54,603 nt of DNA from Chiloscyllium plagiosum (Eukaryota): contig NC_057751.1 in NCBI RefSeq assembly GCF_004010195.1, positions 3,068,379 to 3,122,981 on the forward strand, given 5' to 3'. The translations under genes and the position numbers were made by a program. Shown piece by piece: positions 23,289 through 32,859 of the stretch; within the stretch, counting starts at the first letter, position 1, and each line of letters starts with the position of its first letter. A model generated the notes under the pieces. The model was not told the origin of the DNA, ran no database searches, and saw only the letters and a list, made by a program, of their open reading frames with translations.

Positions 23289-26200
23289 GTCACCCTTCCT
23301 CACTGTCTGGAAGCTGACCAGGAGTCAGTGGCTGACAGAGGAACACTGTGATCCCGGCAGTGACAGTGTCTCTGGGTTAGGGGGTCACACACACTCGGTA
23401 AAGGCTGAGCAAAGGAATCAATGCCACCAAAGCTGCCTTGGCATAGCGCCACCCTTACTGTGGTGACACCTGGCCCACACAGCTGCACAGAAATATGGAT
23501 AAGCATCAGAGGCGGGCAGGCATTCCCCAGTGAGAGGCCATTCAGCCCTTCAAACTGGTTCTGACTGTCCCCCTGTGTTTGTGAACCCCTTTAAGCTTTG
23601 TGTGTGACCCGTGGGGCCTGGTGCAGGGGGAATGGATTTCAGACATTGTCAGATATCCTGCTCACTGTTTCTGACTGAGTTCCCTCTGCCCCAGGCTGGC
23701 TGCATTATTCCCAGGATATCAACAATCCCTGTGGAAAGTCCAATCCCAGCATTCTGTTCAGAGCAGAGAATCCCTGCAGTGTGGAAGCAGGCTATTCAGT
23801 CCATTGAGCCATACCAAAGAGCATCCCAGCCAGACCCACCCATGTAACCCTGCATTTCCCACGGCCAATCAACCCGAACCTGCACATCGTTAGACTGTGG
23901 GTGGAAACCCACACAGACACAGGGAGAATGTGCAAACTCCACACAGACCAACAGCCCAAGGCAGGGATTGAACCCAGGTCGTTGGCGCTGTGAGGCAGCA
24001 GCGTTAACCACTGAGCCACTGTGCCATCACCTTGGAGTCACGACACATTGATTCAAACCTCACAGCAACCTGGAAACGACCAGACTGTGGTCAGAACCCC
24101 ATCTGGTTCCCCCATGTCCTCCCAGGAAGGAACTCTGACCCGGTCTGGCCTACACGTGACTCCAGACCCACAGCAATGAGACTGACTCGACCCAGCCCAG
24201 CACACAGCTGAGTGTTTCAGGAAGACAGGGCATTGTGAGGGCTGGACAGTCAGCTGGGGTTCCGACAGAGGGAGTGTTACCTGTGTTAGTGTTGGCATGA
24301 GTGACCCAACTGTGTTTGTTCTCTCTCTCTCCCTCCCTCGCCCTCCCCCCCGGTAGTTGCTGTCAGAAGTGGAGGAAGTCTGAGCTGTGCCAACAGATAT
24401 TCGCACGGCGTGAAGCAACCCTGCTGAAGAATGTGCCCCCCAGTGCTCAGGGAGACACAGGTAAGGAGATGACAGGCCACAAAGCCTCACTTCCTGTCTG
24501 TCTTCACAGCCCTGAGCCAATGAGACACCTTAGTCCCCCTTGGTCTGAAGCTGGGACCCCTGGCCAACATTGTGGGCACTGGCAGTACGGGAGTGCCACA
24601 CTGTCACAGTGCCCAGTGGGATGGTAGGCTGATGCCCTGGCCCAGCCAGGATGGACAAGGGAGCAGGAGGAAGGGCTGAGACTTTCCCCTTCGCAATTAC
24701 GTCATGGTCCCCTTGTCTTCTGGGATCTTGCTGTGCATGCATAGTCTCCCTCCACTTCAACCAGGACCTAGCTGGCTGGAAAGCAAAAGTCCCGGTCTGT
24801 CAGGGTCACATTCCCAATGGGAGATCCCGGAGTCGGTCTGTCAGGGTCACATTCCCAATGGGAGAGTCCAGGGCTAGTCTGTCAGGGTCACATTCCCAAT
24901 GGGAGAGCCCAGAGTCGGTCTGTCAGGGTCACATTCCCAACGGGAGATCCGGAGTCGGTCTGTCAGGGTCACATTCCCAATGGGAGAGTCGGGGGCCAGT
25001 CTGTCAGGGTAACATTCCCAACGGGAGATCCCAGAGTCGGTCTGTCAGGGTCACATTCCCAATGGGAGATCCCGGAGTCGGTCTGTCAGGGTCACATTCC
25101 CAATGGGAGATCCCAGAGTCAGTCAGTCAGGGTCACATTCCCAATGGGAGAGTCGGGGGCCAGTCTGTAAGGGTAACATTCCCAACGGGAGATCCCGGAG
25201 TCGGTCTGCAAGGGTCACATTCCCAACGGGAGATCCCGGAGTCAGTCTGTCAGAGTCACATTCCCAATGGGAGAGCCCGGAGTCAGCCTGTCAGGGTCAC
25301 ATTGCCAATGGGAGATAGTGGAGTCAGTCTGTCAGGGTCACATTCCCAATGGGAGAGTCGTGGGCCAGTCTGTCAGGGTCACATTCCCAATGGGAGCATC
25401 CGAGGCCAGTCTGTCAGGGTCACATTCCCAATGGGAGATCCTGGAGTCGGTCTGTCAGGGTCACATTCCCAATGGGAGAGTCCGCGGCCAGTCTGTCAGG
25501 GTCACATTCCCAACGGGAGATCCCGGAGTCGGTCTGTCAGGGTCACATTCCCAATGGGAGAGTTGGGGGCCAGTCTGTCAGGGTCACATTCCCAATGGGA
25601 GATCCTGGAGTCGGTCTGTCAAGGTCACATTCCCAATGGGAGAGTCGGTGGCCAGTCTGTCAGGGTCACATTCCCAATGGGAGATCCCGGAGTCGGTCTG
25701 TCAGGGTCACTTTCCCAATGGGAGAGTCGAGGGCCAGTCTGTCAGGGTCACATTCCCAATGGGAGCGTCCGAGGCCAGTCTGTCAGGGTCACATTCCCAA
25801 TGGGAGATCCCGGAGTCGGTCTGTCAGGGTCACATTCCCAGTGGGAGAGTCCGCGGCCAGTCTGTCAGGGTCACATTCCCAATGGGAGAGTCGGGGGCCA
25901 GTCTGTCAGGGTCACATTCCCAATGGGAGATCCCAGAGTCGGTCTGTCAGGGTCACATTCCCAATGGGAGAGTCCGGGGCTAGTCTGTCAGGGCAACATT
26001 CCCAATGGGAGATCCCGGAGTCGGTCTGTCAGGGTCACATTCCCAATGGGAGATCCCGGAGTCAGTCTGTCAGGGTCACATTCCCAATGGGAGAGTCAGG
26101 GGCCAGTCTGTCAGGGTCACATTCCCAATGGGAGATCTCGGAGTCGGTCTGTCAGGGTCACATTCCCAACGGGAGGTCCCGGAGTCGGTCTGTCAGGGTC

Positions 26201-26887
26201 ACATTCCCAATGGGAGCTTCCGAGGCCAGTCTGTCAGGGTCACATTCCCAATGGGAGATCCTGGAATTGGTCTGTCAGGGTCACATTCCCAATGGGAGCT
26301 TCCGAGGCCAGTCTGTCAGGGTCACATTCCCAATGGGAGATCCTGGAGTCGGTCTGTCAGGGTCACATTCCCAATGGGAGAGTCCGCGGCCAGTCTGTCA
26401 GGGTCACATTCCCAACGGGAGAGTCGGGGGCCAGTCTGTCAGGGTCACATTCCCAATTGGAGATCCTGGAGTCGGTCTGTCAGGGTCACATTCCCAATGG
26501 GAGCGTCGTGGGCCAGTCTGTCAGGGTCACATTCCCAATGGCGGCGTCCGAGGCCAGTCTGTCAGGGTCACATTCCCAATGGGAGATCCTGGAGTCGGTC
26601 TGTCAGGGTCACATTCCCAATGGGAGAGTCCGCATCCAGTCTGTCAGGGTCACATTCCCAACGGGAGATCCCGTAGTCGGTCTATCAGGGTCACATTCCC
26701 AATGGAAGAGTCGAGGGCCAGTCTGTCAGGGTAACATTCCCAACGGGAGAGCCCGGAGTCGGTCTGTCCGTATCCCATTCCCAATGGTAGAGCCTGGGGT
26801 TGCTCTGTCATTGTCACATTCCTGAAGGTGGTGTTAATCTGATCTTCTCTCTCTCTGTCTCTCTCGGTGTCTCGGACAGGAGTATGA
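5536..26887 (+). CDS. TGFA: Protransforming growth factor alpha, complete 6-exon gene; join(5536..5575,15741..15794,21354..21471,22811..22960,24357..24460,26880..26887), 474 nt, 157 aa
   Basis: The spliced translation is [157 protein letters not shown]. It has a signal peptide, an NST sequon, a six-Cys EGF domain with the TGFA-specific [13 protein letters not shown] and [11 protein letters not shown], a TM helix and a terminal Val. All introns are GT-AG with compatible phases. Confidence 0.97.
6590..7030 (-). mobile_element. CR1 LINE 3' fragment
   Basis: [40 protein letters not shown] plus 3' UTR. Confidence 0.88.
7375..7485 (+). mobile_element. Short tRNA-derived SINE; a related copy lies at about 37800-37910
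   Basis: B box GGTTCAAGTCC; shares CCTCTGAGCCAGG..CTGCTCCAGAGG with the second copy, which carries the A box TGGTGCAGTGG. Confidence 0.55.
10916..11926 (+). repeat. 33-bp minisatellite (CAGCACTGACCCTCCGACAGTGCGGCACTCCCT)n spanning an assembly gap, in TGFA intron 1
   Basis: Tandem units visible on both sides of the N run. Confidence 0.95.
11346..11798. other. Assembly gap (453 N)
   Basis: Run of N. Confidence 1.
11991..12170. mobile_element. Penelope-derived short element in inverted (hairpin) arrangement
   Basis: 52-bp inverted arms at 11995-12046 and 12081-12132 (3 mismatches); same family as 30094-30224. Confidence 0.8.
12937..14265 (+). mobile_element. CR1 LINE ORF2 (RT domain) to 3' UTR, inactivated
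   Basis: [56 protein letters not shown]; contains stops, frameshifts and an internal deletion near 13794. Confidence 0.95.
14352..14445 (+). mobile_element. Penelope-derived short repeat with a hammerhead-like core
   Basis: CTGAAGA-A-GGGC-TAAT-GCCC-GAAACGTC followed by the family body ..GCTGCCTGACCTGCT..TTTTCCAGCA. Confidence 0.75.
15741..15794 (+). CDS. TGFA: TGFA exon 2 ([18 protein letters not shown]), 54 nt
   Basis: Polypyrimidine tract plus CTGCAG| acceptor, G|GTGAGT donor; contains the LENSTS motif of TGFA. Confidence 0.95.
16085..16330 (-). mobile_element. Penelope-derived short repeat fragments (two families), hammerhead-like core at 16256-16290
   Basis: Shared family motifs; the - strand reads CTGAAGA-A-GGGT-TCCA-ACCT-GAAACGTA. 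Confidence 0.65.
18035..18345 (+). mobile_element. tRNA-derived SINE family; other copies at about 24090-24185 (+), 31295-31385 (-), 43365-43630 (-) and 48995-49152 (-)
   Basis: Recurrent body CCATCTGGTTCA..CCTTACCTG.TCTGG.CTACATGTGACTCCAGACCC.CAGC and B-box-like GTTTGAATCCC in the 43.6 kb copy. Confidence 0.7.
18505..18862 (-). mobile_element. CR1 LINE 3' fragment
   Basis: Reverse complement matches 51460-51670 and other CR1 3' ends. Confidence 0.85.
19835..20095 (+). mobile_element. Degenerate CR1 3' end
   Basis: AGGGTTGTGAATCT..ATGGGCTGAATGG.CTCCT.CTCCT, as in 47181-47415. Confidence 0.65.
20490..20925 (+). mobile_element. CR1 LINE 3' fragment
   Basis: [20 protein letters not shown] plus 3' UTR. 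Confidence 0.85.
21354..21471 (+). CDS. TGFA: TGFA exon 3 ([40 protein letters not shown]), 118 nt
   Basis: CTGCAG| acceptor, GT|GTAAGT donor; first four EGF-domain cysteines and the N-terminal AAA|V cleavage site. Confidence 0.97.
22811..22960 (+). CDS. TGFA: TGFA exon 4 ([19 protein letters not shown]...TM helix), 150 nt
   Basis: TTGTAG| acceptor, CA|GTAAGT donor; last two EGF cysteines, LLA|VV shedding site and hydrophobic TM segment. Confidence 0.97.
23765..24026 (-). mobile_element. HE1-type SINE in TGFA intron 4
   Basis: The - strand begins GGCACAGTGGCTCAGTGG..GGGTTCAATCCC; homologous to 4340-4678. Confidence 0.85.
24357..24460 (+). CDS. TGFA: TGFA exon 5 (cytoplasmic tail HCCQKWRK...GDT), 104 nt
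   Basis: Long pyrimidine tract plus GGTAG| acceptor, CAG|GTAAGG donor; HCCQ and LLK align to the TGFA tail. Confidence 0.93.
24795..26828 (+). repeat. 41-bp minisatellite, 48 well-preserved plus 2 degenerate units, in TGFA intron 5
   Basis: 29-bp core GTCTGTCAGGGTCACATTCCCAATGGGAG plus a 12-bp variable part; period 41 holds throughout apart from one 1-nt deletion. Confidence 0.97.
26880..26887 (+). CDS. TGFA: TGFA terminal coding exon (8 nt, G-V-stop) followed by 3' UTR
   Basis: (CT)n pyrimidine tract plus GACAG| acceptor; completes GGA GTA TGA, giving the conserved C-terminal Val; followed by an AT-rich UTR and AATAAA. Confidence 0.88.
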
Positions 26888-27228
26888 AGAAAGCTGCTTT
26901 CCACCAAGTACAGGCATCCAGCTCTGAGCTCGCCAGTTTCCCCTCCGTATCCTGTCTGCTGTGCCTCAGCACTGGGACACACCACTCCTGTCTCACCTGC
27001 CGGTCAGCCAACGGAAAGCATCTTGTATATTGTGGAATTCTGCTGTTTATGTTTGTTTTTTGTTGTTGTGAATTAATTTATGGAAATATTGAAGTGAAGC
27101 CATCTCTCTGAGGAAGGGCAGAATGTAATTTATAGCTATTGAGACGTATCTGTGGGATTATTTGAATATTTAAGGATCAGAAAGGAACTCAAAAAGTTAT
27201 ATGTTAAACTATTTAAACTGAGACATGA

Positions 27229-27234
27229 AATAAA
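27229..27234 (+). terminator. Probable TGFA polyadenylation signal
   Basis: AATAAA about 340 nt after the stop, within AU-rich sequence and followed by T/GT-rich sequence. Confidence 0.6.
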
Positions 27235-27504
27235 AGTTTTTTTTATTTAAATCGACACGTTTCTGTTGCATGATGTCGAGTCACGAGCCATGCTCTGTTT
27301 ACAACAAACGGGAGACCCATCAGACAGTGGGGTCTCTGGGTTTGCCCATGTTTATTGTGTCATGACCCCCCCATGATCGTGGGATCTTGCTGTGCACCTT
27401 CAAGCTGTGGTCCTTCCCACAGTGACTCCACTTCAGAAACCCCATCACGACATGTTTGAACCGTACAGGGTGTGGGTGAGGCTGTGCCGGGAGTACAGAG
27501 CACT

Positions 27505-27585
27505 GTCGAGAATAGAGTGCTGCTGGAAAAGCACAGCAGGTCAGGCAGCATCCGAGGAGCAGGAAAACTGGTGTTTCAGGAACGG
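27505..27585 (-). mobile_element. Penelope-derived short repeat fragment
   Basis: GTGCTGCTGGAAAAGCACAGCAGGTCAGGCAGCATCCGAGGAGCAGG. Confidence 0.7.
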
Positions 27586-27589
27586 AGGC

Positions 27590-27970
27590 CTGTATGGAGT
27601 ACTGTTTCAGCCCCGTGTTTAATGAAGGATGTGCTGACACTGGACACAGTTCAAAACAGATTCACTCGGGTGATTTCTGCGACACGGGGGGTGATTCCTG
27701 GGACACGGGGGGTGATTCCTGGGACACGGGGGGTGATTCCTGGGACACGGGGTGACTTATTGAGGATGAGCCTTTCTTGATGAGTGTCTGGAAGAGTCTT
27801 CCTGAGAAATGTCAGACTGTGAGGGGGCCTGACAGGGGAGACCTTGAGAAGATGCTCCAGCAATGGGGGATGTTTTCAAACTGGGGACACAGGAGCAGGA
27901 TTAGGGGACTCTCTTTTAACCTGAGAGGCAAAAGGAATTTCATCTCTTAGGAGGGCAGTGAATGTCTGGA
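27590..27970 (+). mobile_element. Degenerate CR1 fragment containing a 21-bp tandem expansion
   Basis: KDVLTLDTVQNRFTRVI(PGTRGVI)n. Confidence 0.65.
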
Positions 27971-28014
27971 AGAAATTGCTGGAGAAGCTCCGCAGGTCTG
28001 TGAAGAGAAATCAG

Positions 28015-28052
28015 AGTTAACGTTTCGGGTCCGGTGACCCCTCCTCAGAACT
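28015..28052 (-). ncRNA. Putative minimal type I hammerhead ribozyme in a Penelope-derived repeat
   Basis: The - strand reads AGTT-CTGAGGA-G-GGGTC-ACCG-GACCC-GAA-ACGT-T-AACT: intact CUGANGA and GAAA boxes, 5-bp stem II, 4-bp stem I, palindromic ACGU in place of stem III. Confidence 0.65.
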
Positions 28053-28399
28053 GGCGGTCACGTGATGACAGATGGCACTGACTGAGGATCTCAGGACGTG
28101 GCGAGAGAACGTCCCCAAGGTGGGCATGTCTGGAAGAGATGTGGCAGTGAATCCTCTGCCCCAGACAGTTGGGGAGGCTAGAGCAATGTAAACCTTTCAA
28201 GAGGAGACCCACTGATCTCTGAAACATTGAGGAGCTGGTACCACAGCCCGGATCAGCAATGACCCTGGTGGGGGCAGGCATGACGGGCCGAATGGCCTAC
28301 TGCTCCTATTTCATCCGTTCTTGGAATGTCACATTGCAGATTTCCATCTGGGATTATGCCCCAGTTACAGCATCACGTTCAGTTCAGGTCACCACATTC

Positions 28400-28855
28400 C
28401 CAGAAGGATGTGGAGGCTTTGGAGAGGGAGAGGGTGTGAGCTGTAAGGAGAGGCTAGAAAAATGCAGGTTTTGTTTTCTCTGGAGAGGCAGAGGCTGACG
28501 GGAGACTTGGGAGAAGTCAATAAATTTGTGAGAGGCACAGATAGGGTCGGTGGTCAGGATCCTTTTCCCAGAGATGAAATGTCTAAAACCAGGGAGCATG
28601 CATTTAAGGTCAGAGGGGAAAGTTCAAAGAAGGTGTGAGGGGTAAGGTTTTAACACAGAGGGTGGAATATGCTGCCTGGGGTGGTGGAGGCAGTTCCGGT
28701 AGGGTTGTTGAAGAGATTTTTCGATGAGCACATGAATGTTGAAGGTATGGAGGGATATAGACCAAGGGCAGGCAGAAGGGATGAGTTTAATTTAGCTTCA
28801 TGTTCAGTACAGCGGTGTGGGCTGAAGGGCCTGTCCCTATGCTGTACAGTTCTGT
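28400..28855 (+). mobile_element. CR1 LINE 3' fragment
   Basis: Degenerate ORF2 end and 3' UTR (..GGGCTGAAGGGCCTGT.CCTATGCTGTAC). Confidence 0.8.
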
Positions 28856-30093
28856 GTAAGGTTGAGCTAGACAGGATTAGAAAGAGTGTTCACAGCACTG
28901 AGACCCCCTGATGTGGTGCTGATGGACACAGAGAAGGATTCACCATTCTGAAACCAGGCTCAACACTAGACTGTGCCTGGATCTTACCACCTGCACTGCT
29001 CTCTGCTGTGTTCCTTGCTGCCTCCCGGTCTCTGAATGAACCCCAACTCTTCAACGCCACAAACAATCACCATTCCCAGGGCGCATGGACATCACCTTCA
29101 GTGAATGTTCCTCCACTGTTCCCCTCGCCCAGCCTCCCATCCGGGGCTCCAGCTGAGGGTTCCATCCCGTGACCCAGCTGCTTCAGAGAGGCAGGCCCCT
29201 GGCTGTGGGACTGGAGTCACATGGAACCTGAGACTGGGTTCCAACAGCAGTGACTGATCAAGGTAGTTCCCCTGTTAGCTGGCAGCTCTGGGGTGACCCA
29301 GTCACTGAGGAAACCACGTTAGTGCTGTGTGACAGCAGAGGTATCATCATCTTCCTCCCTGCCCTGGCTCAGCACTGCACTGCTGACTCCCAGTCTCCCA
29401 GCTTCCCCCGATCTCCCAGAAGCCGATGTCCCCGAAGGAGAGGAGGAGGCACAACTCCTGTCTGGCTCGACACTGCAGGGAGGTCCTTGTGTCGCAGGAA
29501 AAGACTGGAGTCCCCTCGTCTCCCCTCACCCCTGTGAAGTCAGATTCAACAACAATCCCAGAAGAGGGGGGGGGAGAGAAAGGACTGTCTGGTCTCTGTG
29601 TGTGAAACGGACAGGAGCATCTGCTGTAAAGTTGGTGTGTAAAAACGGTGACATTGTAAAGTGGGGAGAGGCATTGCGTGGTCCCTTTAAAGGTGGTGTT
29701 CTTTTCGGTGCTCAGAGTTAAGATGGATGTCTGAGCAGGGGTTTAAATCCCAAGTGTACACAGAGAGTGCCCACACTGAAACATTTTATATCAAACAGCC
29801 AAGCAGCACTTTTACCAGAACAACAAGGGTTTTCGAATTGAGTCCATTAACATAAACCAAGCCCTTACATACTGAAAGCCAATCAAATTTACATCTGATG
29901 GTGTTGACAACCTTGAACCAATTGGATTGTAAAGAAATCAAGAGGTAATCCAGGATATAAAAGATGCAGGCATTTGGAAAATTGGGGGAGAGCCAACTGT
30001 TACCTGAAGAGGTAAGAACATCCCAGCTCTCAGGGAGACAGTTCTCTCTCTGTTCCTGAAGGTACCTGCCCCTCTGACACAATCTTCCTGACA

Positions 30094-30224
30094 TGATTTG
30101 GAGATGTCGGTGTTGGACTGGGGTGGACAAAGTTAAAAATCACACAACACCAGGTTAGAGTCCAACAGGTTTAATTGGAAGCACTAGCTTTCGGAGCGAC
30201 GCTCCTTCGTCAGGTGGTTGCGTG
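30094..30224 (-). mobile_element. 131-bp Penelope-derived element with hammerhead core and a 15-bp target-site duplication
   Basis: ACAATCTTCCTGACA at 30079-30093 and 30225-30239; body nearly identical to the 12.0-12.2 kb copy. Confidence 0.85.
30182..30216 (-). ncRNA. Putative minimal type I hammerhead ribozyme
   Basis: The - strand reads CAC-CTGACGA-A-GGAGC-GTC-GCTCC-GAA-AGCT-A-GTG. Confidence 0.65.
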
Positions 30225-31524
30225 ACAATCTTCCTGACAACTGAATACAGTGGAGAGAAATGTTCAGAACAGAGGAAATTACCCAGGAAACATCCCTGAC
30301 AGCAGATTCAGAGACAGGAGCAGATCAGAAGAGCTTTGAGAGACAAAGTATTAATTTATTGTTTTTTTATATAAATGGAAGTGGTATTTACTTAAACAGC
30401 GTCCTGTTACAATCTTGTTTTATTCAGGAATAGGTAGTTACAGAGGGATGGTTCGGTTTGTTAGTAATCCTGTTAATTTGTTCATTGTTGGAATTAGGTA
30501 AATAGATTGTGACTTGTTGATTAGAGAGTGAGTGAAAGGATTTCATTTCATTTCATCACTCCTTGATAACATTGGGGGACAGGTAATGTTCATTCTCAGA
30601 CTTCAGTATCAGACAGTATCAGATGAAGTGAGTGTCTCTGGGTGTCTTGGTGTTCATTATCAAAGGGGAATCAACCTCTGCTCTGTTACACATTGAAGCT
30701 GACAACATCAGGAATACTGCAGATGCTGAAAACCTGAAACAAACACACACACACACACAGAGCTGGAGAAACTCAGGAGGTCTCGCAGCTTCTGTGTGGA
30801 GCGAGAGAGGGAGAGAGATCACGGATCCTGCCCTGAACTCCCAGGGAAGCCCCTGTCAGAGCTTCCCTTTCCTGTTCCCAGCCCTCCCCCCCCCCGCTGC
30901 TCTGTAACTCCCTGCCATTCCTCACCATCAGGCTGGGAGAAGGGAAAGTTGTCCAATCGGAGCAGGTGGGGCTGAGCTGTATTTGCCTGACCTTTCAGTG
31001 AGACAGGAATTTCCATTCCTGAGCGGGCGCCTCTCTGTGTTTACACCCTGCAGCTACCTGCGGAGTGAGCTCATTCATTCCAGCGTCCTGACGAGATCTC
31101 ATCAGCTCAGTGTGGCCTCAAGGCTTCAGGTTGCCACAAAAAATTCCCATCTGCTTCCTCACCAAAGTCTCGCCTTCTGATGTTGTTTCCCTTCTGCATG
31201 TGAACCTGGGGCCCCTCAGTGACTGGGACAGGTTTGGTTGTCCATCCTCAGTTGACCTGCACTCGAGTGATTTGCTTGGGCCATTGCAGGGGGACAGTAT
31301 AGAATGAACCTCATTGCTGTGGGTTTGGAGTCACCAGGTAAACATGGCACCCTTCCTTCCCTGAAGGACATGGGTGACCCAGGCGAGTTGTACCCAAGAG
31401 ATGTGAGACCTGAATTGGCAGGGTATTAGAGATTAAGCTGACTCCAGATGGTGAAAGGAATGGACATGCTAAATCAAGAGGAACTCTTTGCTCTTCAGAA
31501 GGTTGGGAGGGGGGTCACTTAAAC

Positions 31525-31950
31525 CCATAGAGATATATAACTCAGAAAAAGACCTTTCACTCCAACCCATCCATGCTGACCAGATATCCCAACCTAATCT
31601 CATCCCACCTGCCAGCACCCGGCCCGTATCGCTCCAAACCCTTCCTATTCATATACTCATCCAATGTTGCAATTGTACCAGCCTCCACCACTTCCTCTGG
31701 CAGGTCATTCTATACACCACCCTCTGCGTGAAAAAGTTGCCCCTTTGGTCTCTTATATCTTTTCTCGTCTCACCTTAAACCTATGCCTTCTAGTTCTGGA
31801 CTCCCTCACCCCTGGGAAAAAAACTTTGTCTATTTATCCTATCCATGTCCCTCATAATTTTGTAAACCTCTATAAGGTCACCCCTCAGCCTCCGATCCTC
31901 CAGGGAAAACAGCCCTCAGCCTGTTCAGCATCTCCCTGTCACTCAAACCC
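31525..31950 (-). mobile_element. CR1 LINE 3' fragment
   Basis: Close relative of 6590-7030. Confidence 0.87.
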
Positions 31951-32859
31951 ATTCAACACTCCTTTGTTGTTTGGATTTGCAGGTTCATACTCCCTCCCAC
32001 CCAATGTCTTTCTCCCCGGTCTCCAGGACCGCTTGGTGCTGTGGGATTTATCCTTCTCCCTGGAGAGAGCGTGGGTTTTCTCTGGAATATCATGGCCCCG
32101 TGTATGTGTCCTGTCCAAACAGCAGGTGTATGTGTGCACATTGATGTCAATCCAGACCCTGGCTGCGTTGCCTGTCACGTGAGAGTTGGGAAGGAATCAC
32201 ACCCAGAGCTTGTGAGACCTACACAGTGAGCTCTCGGTACAGGTCGCACCTCGGCCTATACCGAGGGAGACAGTTTGGGGCTCAACATTTCAGCGGCAGA
32301 GGTACAGGGTCCAGGAGCATGGGCCCAACTGGTTGGTGCACTCAAAGGGCTGGGATGAAGGGCCTCCCCACACACACACAGAGTCAGACACAGAGTAAGA
32401 TCCCAACAGCTGCAACATGATGAAAGTCACATAATGCCTCTTGCTTACAAACTTTCCGGCTGTGGAGATGACAAAGCATGATTCATTCTGAAATGAATAT
32501 TGTATAAAGTGTTGCCTGTGGGCAGGGAGTGGAGGGAGGAGAGTGAGTGTGGGTGGAGTCAGCCGTTGGAAGCTCAGTGTTTGCGGATTGTGAACAGATG
32601 GTGCCCTCGCTGTGGCTGGGAGGGAGGGAGGGGGGAGCTGAGGAAAGCCATGGTGTGGGTTTGCCTGAGGCAGGATGTGAGCTCTGCTGGTCACCACAAC
32701 GGGCAAGGGAACCTGCTCCAGCTGCAGTGACCCAGCCCACAGCCAGCCATTGGGAAATGGCTTTTCCCAGAAGCCTAGCTCAAGGCCCATGATACAACAG
32801 GAAGCCAAGAAAGGAAAAGAAAACAGCAGCTTCCAATGAACTGGAACAACCTGAAATCT

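Larger units (their letters stand above)
29655..30690 (+). mobile_element. Possible solo LTR
   Basis: Ends TGTAA...TTACA, internal CCAAT boxes and TATAAAAG at about 29956, AT-rich 3' half; target-site duplication ambiguous. Confidence 0.4.

Noticed and set aside
24795..26800. CRISPR-like repeat-spacer appearance
   Set aside because: The variable parts are only 12 bp, fall into two recurring families rather than unique spacers, there are no cas genes, and the context is a vertebrate intron.
24651..26825. 724-aa ORF and overlapping 461, 238 and 223-aa ORFs
   Set aside because: Artefact of the 41-bp repeat, which lacks + strand stops in all three frames; the same peptide appears in every frame and the region is TGFA intron 5.
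28940..29721. Protein-like ORFs downstream of TGFA
   Set aside because: No recognisable domain, no consistent splice framework and no credible start.
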